Positions 27,607-39,593 of a stretch of 64,000 nucleotides of DNA are shown one piece after another (position 1 is the stretch's first letter; each line of letters starts with the position of its first letter). Origin of the DNA: an uncultured Chloroflexia bacterium. GTDB lineage: Bacteria > Chloroflexota > Limnocylindria > QHBO01. A program made the translations under genes and the position numbers. Location: NCBI GenBank assembly GCA_963773405.1, contig CAVZAQ010000005.1, positions 133,113 to 197,112 of the forward strand, read 5' to 3'. The notes under the pieces were generated by a model. That model was not told the origin of the DNA. It searched no databases and saw only the letters and a list, made by a program, of their open reading frames with translations.

Positions 27607-27810
27607 ATGGAACCCAACCTTCCCGCCGCATCCGACGCGCATGGCGACGCCATGATCGACACCGTCCACGACCTGCACCCGGACCATCGCGATCCGCAGC
27701 TGCAGACGGTGCAGCAGAACCTGTGGGTCGCCGTGCTTCCGCTGGCGCTCATTGCGCTGGCAGTCCTCATCTTCGTCGCGGCCGCGTGGACGATCCTGGT
27801 CGCCAGGTGA
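27607..27810 (+). CDS. small single-TM protein with His/Asp-rich N-terminus
   Basis: 67 aa. DAHGDAMIDTVHDLHPDHRD followed by a hydrophobic C-terminal helix. Tightly spaced after the TlpA gene. Confidence 0.6.
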   Translation: MEPNLPAASDAHGDAMIDTVHDLHPDHRDPQLQTVQQNLWVAVLPLALIALAVLIFVAAAWTILVAR

Positions 27811-27835
27811 TGGTTCCGGGAGGGATCTTCGCCCG

Positions 27836-28873
<1,038 letters not shown>

Positions 28874-28877
<4 letters not shown>

Positions 28878-29635
28878 GCGCGCTGCCGCTCGCCCTGCGC
28901 CAGGTCGCCTACGAGAATCGCGCCTTCTGGCGGAACCCCGCCGCGGCGTTCTTCACCTTCTTCTTCCCGCTCATGTTCATGGTCGTCTTCAACCTCCTCT
29001 TCGGCGGGAATCGCTCAGGCGGGGCGCCTGTCTCCGAGTTCTACACGCCCGCCGTGATCGTCTTTGCGGTGATCACCGCGACGTACACCAACATCGCCAT
29101 GATGGTCACGATCGCCCGCGACAACGGGATCCTCAAGCGGATGCGCGGCACGCCTCTGCCGACGTGGGCCTACCTGGGCGGCCGGATCCTGCACGCCGTT
29201 CTCGTCTCGGCCCTGCTGGTCGTCATCGTGGCTGCCTTCGGGGCGATCTTCTACGACGTGCGTGTTCCGTGGGACCGGCTGCCGGCGCTGGTCCTGACCC
29301 TGGTCGTGGGGGCTGCGAGCTTCTGCGCCCTGGGACTGGCCATTGCCGGGGTCATCCCCAACGCCGACTCGGCGCCGGCTATCGTCCAGTTCAGCGTCCT
29401 GCCGCTCAGCTTCGTCAGCAACGTGTTCGTCGACATGCGCGGTGCGCCCGGCTGGCTCAACGCGTTCAGCGAGATATTCCCCGTGCGTCACTTCGCCGAC
29501 GCCCTGCTGGGCGTGTACAACCCGGCCATCGGAGGGGCGGGCTTCGCCTGGGGAGACCTGCTGGTCGTGGCGGTGTGGGGGCTCGGCGGCCTTCTCATCG
29601 CCCTCCGCTACTTCAGCTGGGAGCCGCACCACTAG
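28874..29635 (+). CDS. ABC-2 type exporter permease
   Basis: GTG start. AFWRNPAAAFFTFFFP, RDNGILKRMRGTPLP, six TMs, RYFSWE. Confidence 0.88.
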
Positions 29636-29743
29636 CCCGCGCGTCGCAGGATAGGGCTACCGCGCATGCCGGGTCGGCGCTATCCTGCGCCCCGAGGTGA
29701 TCGCGCCAGGGTGCGGCGCGGGCCCCAGCAGAGCGAGGACCAG

Positions 29744-30202
29744 ATGTCGCGCATGGTTTTCTGGAGGCGTCGACCGGCGACGCGCGCCGGACTGTTGGTC
29801 ATCACGGCGCTGCTCGCGGTCTCCCTTGCCGCCTGCGGCGGAGGCGGCGGCGGGGGTGGCAATGGGGCGACGAAGATTCACGTCCTTCTGGTGAATCACA
29901 CCAAGGCGGACGTGAACGTCACCTCCAGCACCGGGGCCCCGCTCTCCTCGAGCGCGGATCAGCCGCCCATCGCGAGCTGCAAGTCGGGAATCATCGACTT
30001 CGCGCTCTCGGACCCGTTCACGATCTCGGTCGACGGCAAGGTCGTCATCGACAGCACGCAGCTGCCGGCCGGCATTCCCAACAAGGGCGAGTCGGACGTG
30101 GTGACCCAGATCGATGCGAACAAGGACGGGAGCGTCGTCTTTGACTCGGTCCGGGTGGGATCCAAGATCTCGCCGCCCGCGGAGCTGGGAATCTGCTACT
30201 GA
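29744..30202 (+). CDS. hypothetical lipoprotein
   Basis: GAGGA RBS, basic N-terminus, hydrophobic stretch, lipobox LAAC, then a Gly8 linker and a beta-rich domain ending GICY. Confidence 0.7.
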   Translation: MSRMVFWRRRPATRAGLLVITALLAVSLAACGGGGGGGGNGATKIHVLLVNHTKADVNVTSSTGAPLSSSADQPPIASCKSGIIDFALSDPFTISVDGKVVIDSTQLPAGIPNKGESDVVTQIDANKDGSVVFDSVRVGSKISPPAELGICY

Positions 30203-31488
30203 TCCGGAGAGTGGTGACCTCGCTCGCCTGAGCCTCCCTCAGGCGAGCGACGCGGCCTTCGCCTCTGCGCCCCCGGCTCCGGGAAGCGGCGCTCGACGTA
30301 GCGCTCGAGGATCTCCAGGAAGCGCGGCACGATATCGTCGCCGCGCAGGGTCTCGGCCTTTGCGCCGTCCACGAAGACCGGGGCCACCGGTTCCTCGAAG
30401 GTGCCCGGCAGGCTGATGCCGATGTCGGCATGCTTGCTCTCGCCCGGACCGTTCACCACGCAGCCCATCACCGCCACCCGCAGCTCCTCGACGCCCGGGT
30501 GCCGCTCTCGCCAGACGGGCATCTGGTCGCGCAGGTAGGCCTGGATGTCGCGCGCCATCTCCTGGAAAAAGGTCGACGTCGTCCGACCGCAACCGGGACA
30601 GGCGCTGACCTGGGGGGCGAAGCTGCGGAGGCCCAGCGACTGGAGGACCTGCTGCGCCACCTGCACCTCCTCGGTTCGGTCTCCGCCGGGTGCCGGCGTG
30701 AGGCTGACCCGGATCGTGTCGCCGATCCCGCGCTGCAGCATGATGGCCAGCGCCGCCGTGCTGGAGATGATGCCGCGCGAGCCCATTCCGGCCTCGGTGA
30801 GGCCCAGGTGCAGCGGGTAGTCACAGCGCGCCGCGAGGCGGGTGTAGACCTCCACGAGGTCCTGCACGCCGCTCACCTTCGCCGAGATCACGATGGCGTC
30901 GTGGGGCTGGCCTGTCTCCTCGGCGAGCTGGGCGGAGCGCAGCGCGGAGGCGATCATCGCCTCGATCATCACCTCCCGGCTGTCCACCGGCTCGGCGGAC
31001 GCGGCGTTGGCATCCATCATCTCGGTGAGCAGCTGCTGGTCGAGCGATCCCCAGTTCACGCCAATGCGGATCGGCTTCGCGTTCGCTGCGGCGATCTCGA
31101 TGATCCGTGTGAAGTTGGCGTCGCGGTGCTTCGCGCCGACGTTGCCGGGGTTGATGCGGTACTTGGCCAGGGCGGCTGCGCACGCGGGGTGCTGCGCCAG
31201 GAGCAGGTGTCCGTTGTAGTGGAAGTCGCCGACCAGCGGCACGTCCACGCCCAGGCGATCAAGCTTCTCGCGGATGACCGGAACCGCACGGGCCGCCTCG
31301 TCGTTGTTGACGGTGACTCGCACCAGCTCGCTGCCGGCATGGGCCAGCTGCGCGGCCTGGATCGCGGTCGCGTCGGCATCGGCGGTATCGGTGTTCGTCA
31401 TGGACTGGACCACGACGGGGTGGTCCGAGCCGATGGCGACGCTGCCGACGACGACGGTGGTCGTGGAGCGGCGGGGGGTGGGGGACAT
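30196..31488 (-). CDS. ispG: (E)-4-hydroxy-3-methylbut-2-enyl-diphosphate synthase (MEP pathway)
   Basis: [72 protein letters not shown]. The true stop may be 30239 if there is a terminal indel. Confidence 0.95.
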   Translation of the reverse strand: MSPTPRRSTTTVVVGSVAIGSDHPVVVQSMTNTDTADADATAIQAAQLAHAGSELVRVTVNNDEAARAVPVIREKLDRLGVDVPLVGDFHYNGHLLLAQHPACAAALAKYRINPGNVGAKHRDANFTRIIEIAAANAKPIRIGVNWGSLDQQLLTEMMDANAASAEPVDSREVMIEAMIASALRSAQLAEETGQPHDAIVISAKVSGVQDLVEVYTRLAARCDYPLHLGLTEAGMGSRGIISSTAALAIMLQRGIGDTIRVSLTPAPGGDRTEEVQVAQQVLQSLGLRSFAPQVSACPGCGRTTSTFFQEMARDIQAYLRDQMPVWRERHPGVEELRVAVMGCVVNGPGESKHADIGISLPGTFEEPVAPVFVDGAKAETLRGDDIVPRFLEILERYVERRFPEPGAQRRRPRRSPEGGSGERGHHSPDQ

Positions 31489-31560
31489 GGTGCAGATGAT
31501 GGTATCGGTCATTCGCTCGGCACGCCACGTGCAGCCCCGGTCCAAGGTACCGTAGAGCCC

Positions 31561-31991
31561 ATGATCAGCGAGAAGAGAGCCTTGGACGCGCCACCGCTCG
31601 CCGGCACCGTATGGATCGTCGAGGACGAGCCGGCGGCAGCCGCGCTCGCCGCCGACCTGTGCGCCGAGAACGGCGCGCGCGCACTCGTGTACCGCGACGG
31701 GCAGCGCTTCCTCGAGGCGCTGCGAGCGGACGCCCGACCGCTGGTGCTGGTCCTTGACTGGCGTCTGGAACGGGGTCTCTCCGCGCCGCTCTTCATGGCG
31801 GCGCGCCACCGGGAGCCAACGCCTGCCGGTCGTCTTCTGGACCGGGACCGCGGCCGCTCGCCCTCCCCAAGATGATCCAGGATGATCCGCGCGCCCGGAT
31901 CGTGGACAAGGCGAGCGGCGCGAAGGGGTTCGAGGATGCCCTGCGCTGGGCGCTCGAGGCGGGCAGCGCGTCGCGAGCCGCCGACTCGTAG
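31561..31991 (+). CDS. stand-alone response-regulator receiver domain protein; indel near 31820
   Basis: VWIVEDE, LVLDWRL (phosphoacceptor Asp), then in the shifted frame LPVVFWTG and IVDK. TACCGT lies 7 nt upstream of the ATG. Confidence 0.75.
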
Positions 31992-32062
31992 GCAGCCCGG
32001 GCGCGAGTGACCGTCACCCGTCCTTCACGCGGCCGTCACGCACCACGGCTACGATCGCCGGC

Positions 32063-32663
32063 ATGAAGCGCGCCATCGCCGCCCTGGCCATGCTTGCCAC
32101 CATCCTCGCTGCCTGCGCGGCCGGTTCCGGCCCCGCCGGCGCCCGCCTCTGGACTCGCCAGCACGCCGCCACCCGTCTCGTCGGGGACGGGGAGCGTGGT
32201 CCCGGCCGGTTCCACCGGTCCGGCCCTGGCCGGCGACCCGCTGCATGCGCTCCAGCTCCTGGACGTGACCGATGGCCGGATGCTGACCCTCGGGGCGCTG
32301 GCCGCGGAGCGCCCGGTGCTGCTGGAGACCATGGCCATCTGGTGCACCAACTGCCGTATGCAGCAGGACCAGGTCAAGGCAGCGCACGCGAGCGCGGACT
32401 TCACCTCGATCTCGCTGGACGTCGACCCGACCGAGCTGCCCGGCGACCTGAAGGACTACGCGACCCAGCACGGATACGACTGGCATTTCGCCAAGGCGAC
32501 CGCCGCGGTCGCAACCGAGCTGCGCGATCGGTTCGGGACCGCCGTGCTCAATCCGCCCTCGACCCCCAAGATCCTGCTCCGACCCGACGGCAGCGTCACC
32601 GCCCTCGACTTCAACCGGATCTACTCGGCCGATGATCTCGCGGCGCTCGTGAACGGCGGCTGA
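32063..32663 (+). CDS. thioredoxin-like (TlpA-type) lipoprotein; indel near 32140
   Basis: Lipoprotein signal MKRAIAALAMLATILAAC, then PVLLETMAIWCTNC, ISLDVDP, PSTPKILL. Confidence 0.8.
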
Positions 32664-33367
32664 TGGCGGACCTCCTGTTTGCCTTCGTCGGAGGGCTGGG
32701 TGCCACGATCACCCCGTGCATCCTGCCGCTCTACCCGGCGTTCCTCGCCTTCCTGGTGGGCGGATCGGGCGCGCCCGCCACCGCCGTCGCGGGTGGCCTG
32801 GCGGGGTCCCCGACCCGCCGGCTGCCACCGCCCGCCGCTGCCTTCACCGTCCTGCTCGGCGTGCTGGTGGGGATGGTCGCCATCGGCGCCGTCTTCGCGC
32901 TCGTCTCGGCAAGCCTGAGCCGATTCATCGGCGTGGTGCTGCCCATCGCCGATGGCCTGCTCGTGGTCCTGGGCGTGCTCCTGGTCGTCGGGCGCAATCC
33001 CTTCGCGCGCCTGCCACAGGTCTCCCCGGCGGGCCTCGGCCGCTTCGGGCCGGTGGCCGGCGCCTTCCTCTACGGCCTGCTCTTCGCGCCCATCGCCATC
33101 CCCTGCAGCGGGCCCTTCATCGTGGCGATCTTTGCCTACTCGCTCACCGTTGGGGCCGCTGCCCAGCAGCTCCTCTTCTTCGCGGTGTTCGGTCTGGGGT
33201 TCGGGCTGCCGCTCCTGGCCCTGGGACTGGTCGCGCAGTGGCGAGGAGCCCAGATCACGCGCGCAATCGTCCGCTGGGAGCGCCCGGTGGGTGTCGTGCT
33301 GGGGCTGGCGCTGATCGCCGTGGGGGCCTGGGACCTCCTGGCAAACGGGTTCGTCCACCTTGGCTGA
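32663..33367 (+). CDS. ccdA: cytochrome c biogenesis / DsbD-family transmembrane electron transporter CcdA
   Basis: TPCILPLYP and PCSGP redox cysteines, six TMs, FGLGFGLPLL. Confidence 0.88.
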   Translation: MADLLFAFVGGLGATITPCILPLYPAFLAFLVGGSGAPATAVAGGLAGSPTRRLPPPAAAFTVLLGVLVGMVAIGAVFALVSASLSRFIGVVLPIADGLLVVLGVLLVVGRNPFARLPQVSPAGLGRFGPVAGAFLYGLLFAPIAIPCSGPFIVAIFAYSLTVGAAAQQLLFFAVFGLGFGLPLLALGLVAQWRGAQITRAIVRWERPVGVVLGLALIAVGAWDLLANGFVHLG

Positions 33368-34421
<1,054 letters not shown>

Positions 34422-34456
34422 CGGGGCCGGCCCGGATCCTGCCGGCGGACCGGAGA

Positions 34457-35355
34457 TCAGTCGCCCAGGAGCTGTCTTCGCGACCTCCGGGTCCACGCGG
34501 CCCGCCGGCCGCCATGTGCTCCAGGGTCGTGCGCCAGTGCGGGTCCGCGGCCATGGCCGCCGCCATCTCGCGCTGGGCGTCAGCCGTCTCGCCGCGGCCG
34601 GCCATCTCGAGCGCGGTCCAGAACGCCAGCTCCCAGAAGTCCGGCGCGCGCCGTCGCGCGGAGGCGTAGCGCTCCGCTTCGGGCACGCCGGCCTTCGCCG
34701 CGTCCCCCTCGTCGTCGAGCAGCGCCTGCGCCTCCCAGAGGTTCACGAGGCGGCGAAGCTCCGGGACCGGGTCAGGATCGTCCTCCACGCGCAGGTCCAT
34801 GAAGACGCCCTTCCACGGGGTCGGGCGCAGCTCCGCATCCACGATCACGATGGCCGCGCTCTGGCTGCCGCGCACGTCGCCCCCCGCCGCCTCGGCCGCC
34901 TCGAGCGCGCGGAGCAGACGCTCGGCAAAGGGCAGCTCGTCCGTCCAGGGCGGCAACGTAGGCGGGAGCGAGCGCCTGCCAGACCTCGTCACGTTCGAGC
35001 AGGTTGCCGTGGGTGGTGAAGCCGTCGCCGACGATGTGGCCACAGGCCAGGATGCAGTCCGATCCGGTATGCGCGGCTGCGCGTCCCTGCGCGTCCACGA
35101 CGCCGAACTGGCGGATCTCCGGATGCTCGTCGCCCGCCACCAGCGCGGCGATCACGCGGTCGGCGCTCCAGCCGTTGCCTGAAGCATCTCCAGGGCGACG
35201 GGTCCGAAGCTGACGTTCACGGTCGCCTGGGTCGCGACGGCGCCCACGCCGGCCTCGAGCCACGGCACGATGGGCCCGACGGTATAGGCATGGGACTGGA
35301 CCGCCACCCCGAAGCGGCCGGTGAACGGGTCACGCGCGACGATGCTGTAGGTCAT
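34457..35355 (-). CDS. DUF1028 family Ntn-hydrolase-like protein; several indels
   Basis: MTYSIVARDPFTGRFGVAVQS, GVGAVATQA, RQFGVVD, HTGSDC, GNLL, GGDVRGSQSAA, DLRVEDDPDPVPELRRL across frames. Confidence 0.85.
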
Positions 35356-36165
35356 GCGTGCAGGGTAGCGCGGCCGGGAGCCGCCGCGGCGCGTGCCACC
35401 GCCAGCCAGCCGTCGAGCGTGTCGGCGTCGGGAAGGCCACGGACGACGCAGCGGTCGAGGGCCGCGCAGTTCGGTGCCAGCAGGCCGGGATGGCGGCCGG
35501 ATCGTCCGCCGCGACGCCCGGCGTGGGATCCTGCGGCTGCTCGTTGAAGAGGCGTCCGTAGGGGCGGGGCGTGCGACCCGCGAATAGCGGGCCCGCTCCG
35601 CCTGCAGGCGCTCCGCGGATCCGTTCGCCCACCGCAACGCGGATATAGGAGGCCACCGCCGGGAGCTCCGCGACCGGCGGCTGCCGCGCCCTCTGCGATC
35701 CGCTCGCGAGCCCAGGCGATCCGTCGCGGCGCGGCCCAGTTGAGGAGGACCACGTCCGCGATCTCGCCGCCCAACGCGCACATTCGCGGACCCAGTGCCG
35801 AGATGGCGATCCGCATGCCGGGAAGCTCCGCGCGAAGCGCCCGCACGCCCTCGCGCACGAGCGACAGCGAGGCGCTGCTGCCGCTCCCCACGCCCAGCGT
35901 CAGCTGCTCGAGCGGCAGCGCAAGCGCGCGAACCTCGCGCGGCGATCTCCGCCGGCGACCGGTCGCTCAGCGGTGCGACTCCGAGGCCGATCTCGAGTGA
36001 GGGGGCATGCTCCACGATCGCCGCCAGCGTCCGAGGCCGGAGCGGCGAACATTGTCATTGGCCCAGACCGCCGCATAGCCCAGTCGCGGCGAGCCGCGGT
36101 CCCAGCTCCCCGAGCCAGGGTCGATCCCCGGCGGTGAGCCCGAACTCGAGCGTTGCGTTGCTCAT
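35352..36165 (-). CDS. LLM-class flavin-dependent oxidoreductase; heavily frameshifted
   Basis: MSNATLEFGLTAG..., IGLGVAPL, ISALGPRMCALGGEIADVVLLNW, YIRVAVG across several frames. Confidence 0.7.
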
Positions 36166-36280
36166 GGCATTAGCGTCGCACAGTGGGGGGTGACCCGGTG
36201 CGTACACTGAACGCGCGGCCGCCCCGCGCGGCTCTGAAGCAGCCGCGGGCGGTGGGCGGCACCGAGCGGAGAGGTGCGGT

Positions 36281-36675
36281 ATGCGCGCGTTCATCGTCGA
36301 CATGGAGAACGTCCCCGGAAGCCTCGCACGGCTGGCAGCGGCCGTCGCAGCGCGAGGAGGTCAACATCACCGGCGTGGCCGCGGCCGCGGCGGGCGGCGC
36401 CGGCATGGTGGGGATCCTGACCGATGACGAGGGGGGGACGCGAGCCGCCCTGGACGCCGAGTTCGTTCCACTACCACGAGGTCGCGGTGGTCACTGCAGT
36501 GCTGGAGCACCGGCCCGGAACCCTCGCCAGCTGCAGCGAAGCGCCTGCGGACGCGGGCGTCAACGTGGAGTTGCTCACGCCGGTCGGGATGAGCGGCAGC
36601 CGGCTCAGCGTTGCGTTCGGCGTGGCCGACGCGGCCGCTGCACGGGCGGCGCTGGGAGACCTCGCCGAGGGCTGA
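36281..36675 (+). CDS. tandem ACT-domain protein; indels
   Basis: GAGAGG RBS. MRAFIVDMENVPGSLARLAAAVA..VNI and a second ACT unit LEHRPGTLA...ADAGVNVE. Confidence 0.75.
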
Positions 36676-36679
36676 GCCG

Positions 36680-37437
36680 CTAGGCGTCGCGGCGCGGGAA
36701 CGGCGGCACGGCCGACGTCGGGCATATCGGTGACGAAGGCCCAGAGCCCACCGGCGGCGAGCTGCTGCATGCGCTGGGCATCGTTGACGACGTAGCAGCC
36801 CAGCCGTCGACCGAAGGCGTTGGCCTGCGCGATCAGGTGGCGTGGGGTCCAGGCCCAGGTCGCCATCCCAGGGATAGACGCCCAGGTGGCCGCGCTCGAC
36901 GGCCCAGGTCAGGCCGCGTTCCGGCTTGTCGAAGGGGACCAGGAGCAGTCCGGTCGGAAGCTCCGGGTCGAGCGCCCGGGCCTGCTCGATCGACGCCTCG
37001 TCGAAGCTGATGACGTTCACGGCGTTCGCGGCACGTACCCGAGAGCCGCTGAGGGCCGCAATCGTGGCGTCGACGGCTGCGCGCGCCTTGATCTCCACCA
37101 CCAGCCCCACCCCGTCCGGGAGCCAGTCGAGCACCTCGGAGAGGGTCGGGACGGTGAGGCCCTGGCCGGCGAACGGATGCGACCCGTCCTCGCCGGCGAA
37201 GGCGGCGCCGGCATCGGCCTCGCGGATCTGGTCCATGGTCAGCCCGGCAACGGGTCCGGTGCGGTCGGTGGTACGGTCGAGCGTCTCGTCGTGGATGACC
37301 GCCAGATGGCCGTCGGCGGTGAGGTGAACGTCGAGCTCGATGGCGTCGACGCCCTGGTCCACGGCGAGCTCGTAGGAGGGGAACGTGTTCTCCGGCCGGT
37401 AGGCGCTCGCGCCCCGGTGGCCAACGACCAACGTCAT
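36680..37437 (-). CDS. glycerophosphodiester phosphodiesterase; indels near the 3' end
   Basis: VGHRGASAYRPENT, IELDVHLTADG, IHDETLDRTT, VEIK, ISFD, FVTD. Confidence 0.88.
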
Positions 37438-38788
37438 CGCGATGCCTCCCCGGGTGGCACGATGGCGGGCTCGGTGGTCTGGGCCAAATCGGCGGCGTCG
37501 GGATCGACCTCGTCGCTGCCCTCCGGGACGGAGCGGACGATCCAGGCGCCGATCACCAGCAGGACCAGCAGGCTTCCGATCGCCAGCTGGTAGGCGCCGT
37601 GGCCCAGGACGTCGAGCAGGGTCCCCACGATCAGGCCGTAGATCAGTGGACCGATGACTGCGCTGAATTTGCCGGCGAGCCCGTACAGTCCCAGCATCTC
37701 GCCCACCTGTGCGGACGGTGCCAGGCGCAGGAGGAGCAGCCGGTCCGTGACGCCAACGCCGCCGAGCCCCGCACCGAGCAGCGCGCCCGGCGAAGAGGAA
37801 CGGGATCTTCGAGAGCGTGACCGTGATCAGCACCAGCCCGATCCCCCAGGTCGCCAGCACGATCATCAGGGTGCGCTTGGGGCCGATGTGGTCGTTGAGC
37901 ACGCCCCACCCGAACGATGCGATCACCGCGATGATCGTGAGCAGCAGGATCACGACCAGCGCCTCGCCACTCTTGAACCCCACCGCCTCGGTGGCAAAGA
38001 CGCTCATCACCGCGATGGCGGTGTTGACCGGGTCGGAGTAGAAGAAGCGCCCGACCACGAAGCGCAGCAGGCCGGGAACCTCGCGGGCATGGCGAATCGT
38101 CTCGCGCAGCTGGCTCCACGACTGCAGCGCCTCCCGGGCGCGGAAGCCGACCGCTCCCCGTCGAGCGGTCCGGGACGCGGACGAAGATGGGGATGGCGAA
38201 GAGGGTGAAGAGCGAGGCGACGAGCAGGAAGGTGGCCGGCGTCGGGTCACCCTCCGCGCTGGTTCCGAAGCGGGTGAGCAGGATGCCCGAGACAATGGTC
38301 CCCAGGTATCCCAGCGCGACGCCGACGCCCGAGAGCCGGCCCCGCATCCCGGAGCGCGCCACGTCCGGGAGCATCGCGTCGTAGTAGATGAGCGCTGCCT
38401 GGTAGGCGAAGTTGGCGATGCCAAAGAAGAGCAGCCCCACGCAGATCCCGGCGACGGCGATCAGACCCGTCGCCACGATGCAGAGCGCGGTGAAGACGAG
38501 GAGGTAGGCCTTGCGCCCGCCGGTCCGGTCGCTCATGGCGCCAAGGACCGGCGAGACGGCGGCGTTCACCGCGACGGAGGCGCTGACCGTGACCGTGAAC
38601 CACAGCTGGCCCTGGGCCTCGCCCAGGAAGTGGACCGCCCAGAGCCCCATGGCGAAGCTGACGATGGCGAAGCTGTAGATCGTGTTCGCGAAGTCGTAGA
38701 GGGCCCAGGCCAGGCCCTCGACCGAGCTCCCGGAGCGCGTGAGGTTGCCGAGCCCGCGCCACCAGCCGGCGGGGGCGAGCGAGATCAT
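37434..38788 (-). CDS. MFS transporter (UMF1/ATG22-like); indels near 38155 and 37790
   Basis: AWALYDFANTIYS, GAMSDRTGGRK, YYDAMLPDV, FFYSDPVNT, GLYGLAGKFSAVIGP. Confidence 0.85.
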
Positions 38789-38819
38789 CGCACGGGGTCG
38801 TCGCGGATCACGCCGCGGA

Positions 38820-39467
38820 TCATAGCGACCGGGCGGTCCCCCGATGGGTCAGCCGCGGCGCAGCGGCGCTCCAAGGACGCGTGGCGATCGCGCGGCCCAC
38901 CGCGTCGCCGTCGAAGGCGTTCCCGCGCTCGGCCTGGTACGCGATGGCGCCGTGCAGCAGCAGGCCGGCGGCCAGGCTGACCGCGTCCACGTCGAGGTCC
39001 GGCGGCGCCTCCCCCCGCGCAATGGCCTCGCGGACGAACTGCGCGGCGAACCCGCGTTGCTGGTCGAAGAGGCGCCGCAGCATGTCGCGGATTCGCGGGT
39101 TCCGATCCGCCTCCGCCCAGGCATGGATGATGATTGGGCCCCAGCTGCCGTCCAGCGACGCGATGAACTGGTCGATTGCCGCGCCCAGCCGTGCCGCCGG
39201 ATCCGGGATCCGGCCCAACGTGCCCGCCAGCTCGTCGAGCTTCGCGTCCGTCTCACGGGCGCAGACGGCCAGGAACAGCTCTTCCTTGCTGGGGAAGTAG
39301 CGGTAGATGAGGCCCACGCTGACGTCCGCCTCGGTCGCGATGGCGGGCATGACGGTTCCACGGAACCCCGAGGCGGCGAATGCGCGCGAGGCCCCGTCCA
39401 GGATGCGTCCGCGCATCGTGGCAGCGTGCTCGGCTGGGGTCTCGCGAAGGATCGGCTTGATGGCCAT
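38820..39467 (-). CDS. TetR/AcrR family transcriptional regulator
   Basis: RILDGASRAFAASGFRGTVMPAIATEADVSVGLIYRYFPSKEELF HTH. The true stop may be 38849. Confidence 0.92.
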   Translation of the reverse strand: MAIKPILRETPAEHAATMRGRILDGASRAFAASGFRGTVMPAIATEADVSVGLIYRYFPSKEELFLAVCARETDAKLDELAGTLGRIPDPAARLGAAIDQFIASLDGSWGPIIIHAWAEADRNPRIRDMLRRLFDQQRGFAAQFVREAIARGEAPPDLDVDAVSLAAGLLLHGAIAYQAERGNAFDGDAVGRAIATRPWSAAAPRLTHRGTARSL

Positions 39468-39495
39468 TGGGCCACGCTCCTGACCAGGGAAATGG

Positions 39496-39576
39496 ATGAA
39501 CGTCGATTCATTGTGCGCTTGACACGCCCTATTCGCAAGGCTACATTCGCGTCCGCGTGCACTGAACGCTCATTCA
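39496..39576 (+). promoter_or_regulatory. sigma70-type promoter for MMPL flanked by two TetR-type palindromic operators
   Basis: TTGACA (39519-39524), 17 nt spacer, TACATT (39542-39547). Related palindromes TGAACGTCGATTCA (39497-39510) and TGAACGCTCATTCA (39563-39576). Confidence 0.8.
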
Positions 39577-39593
39577 CCGCGACGGGAGAGCCC

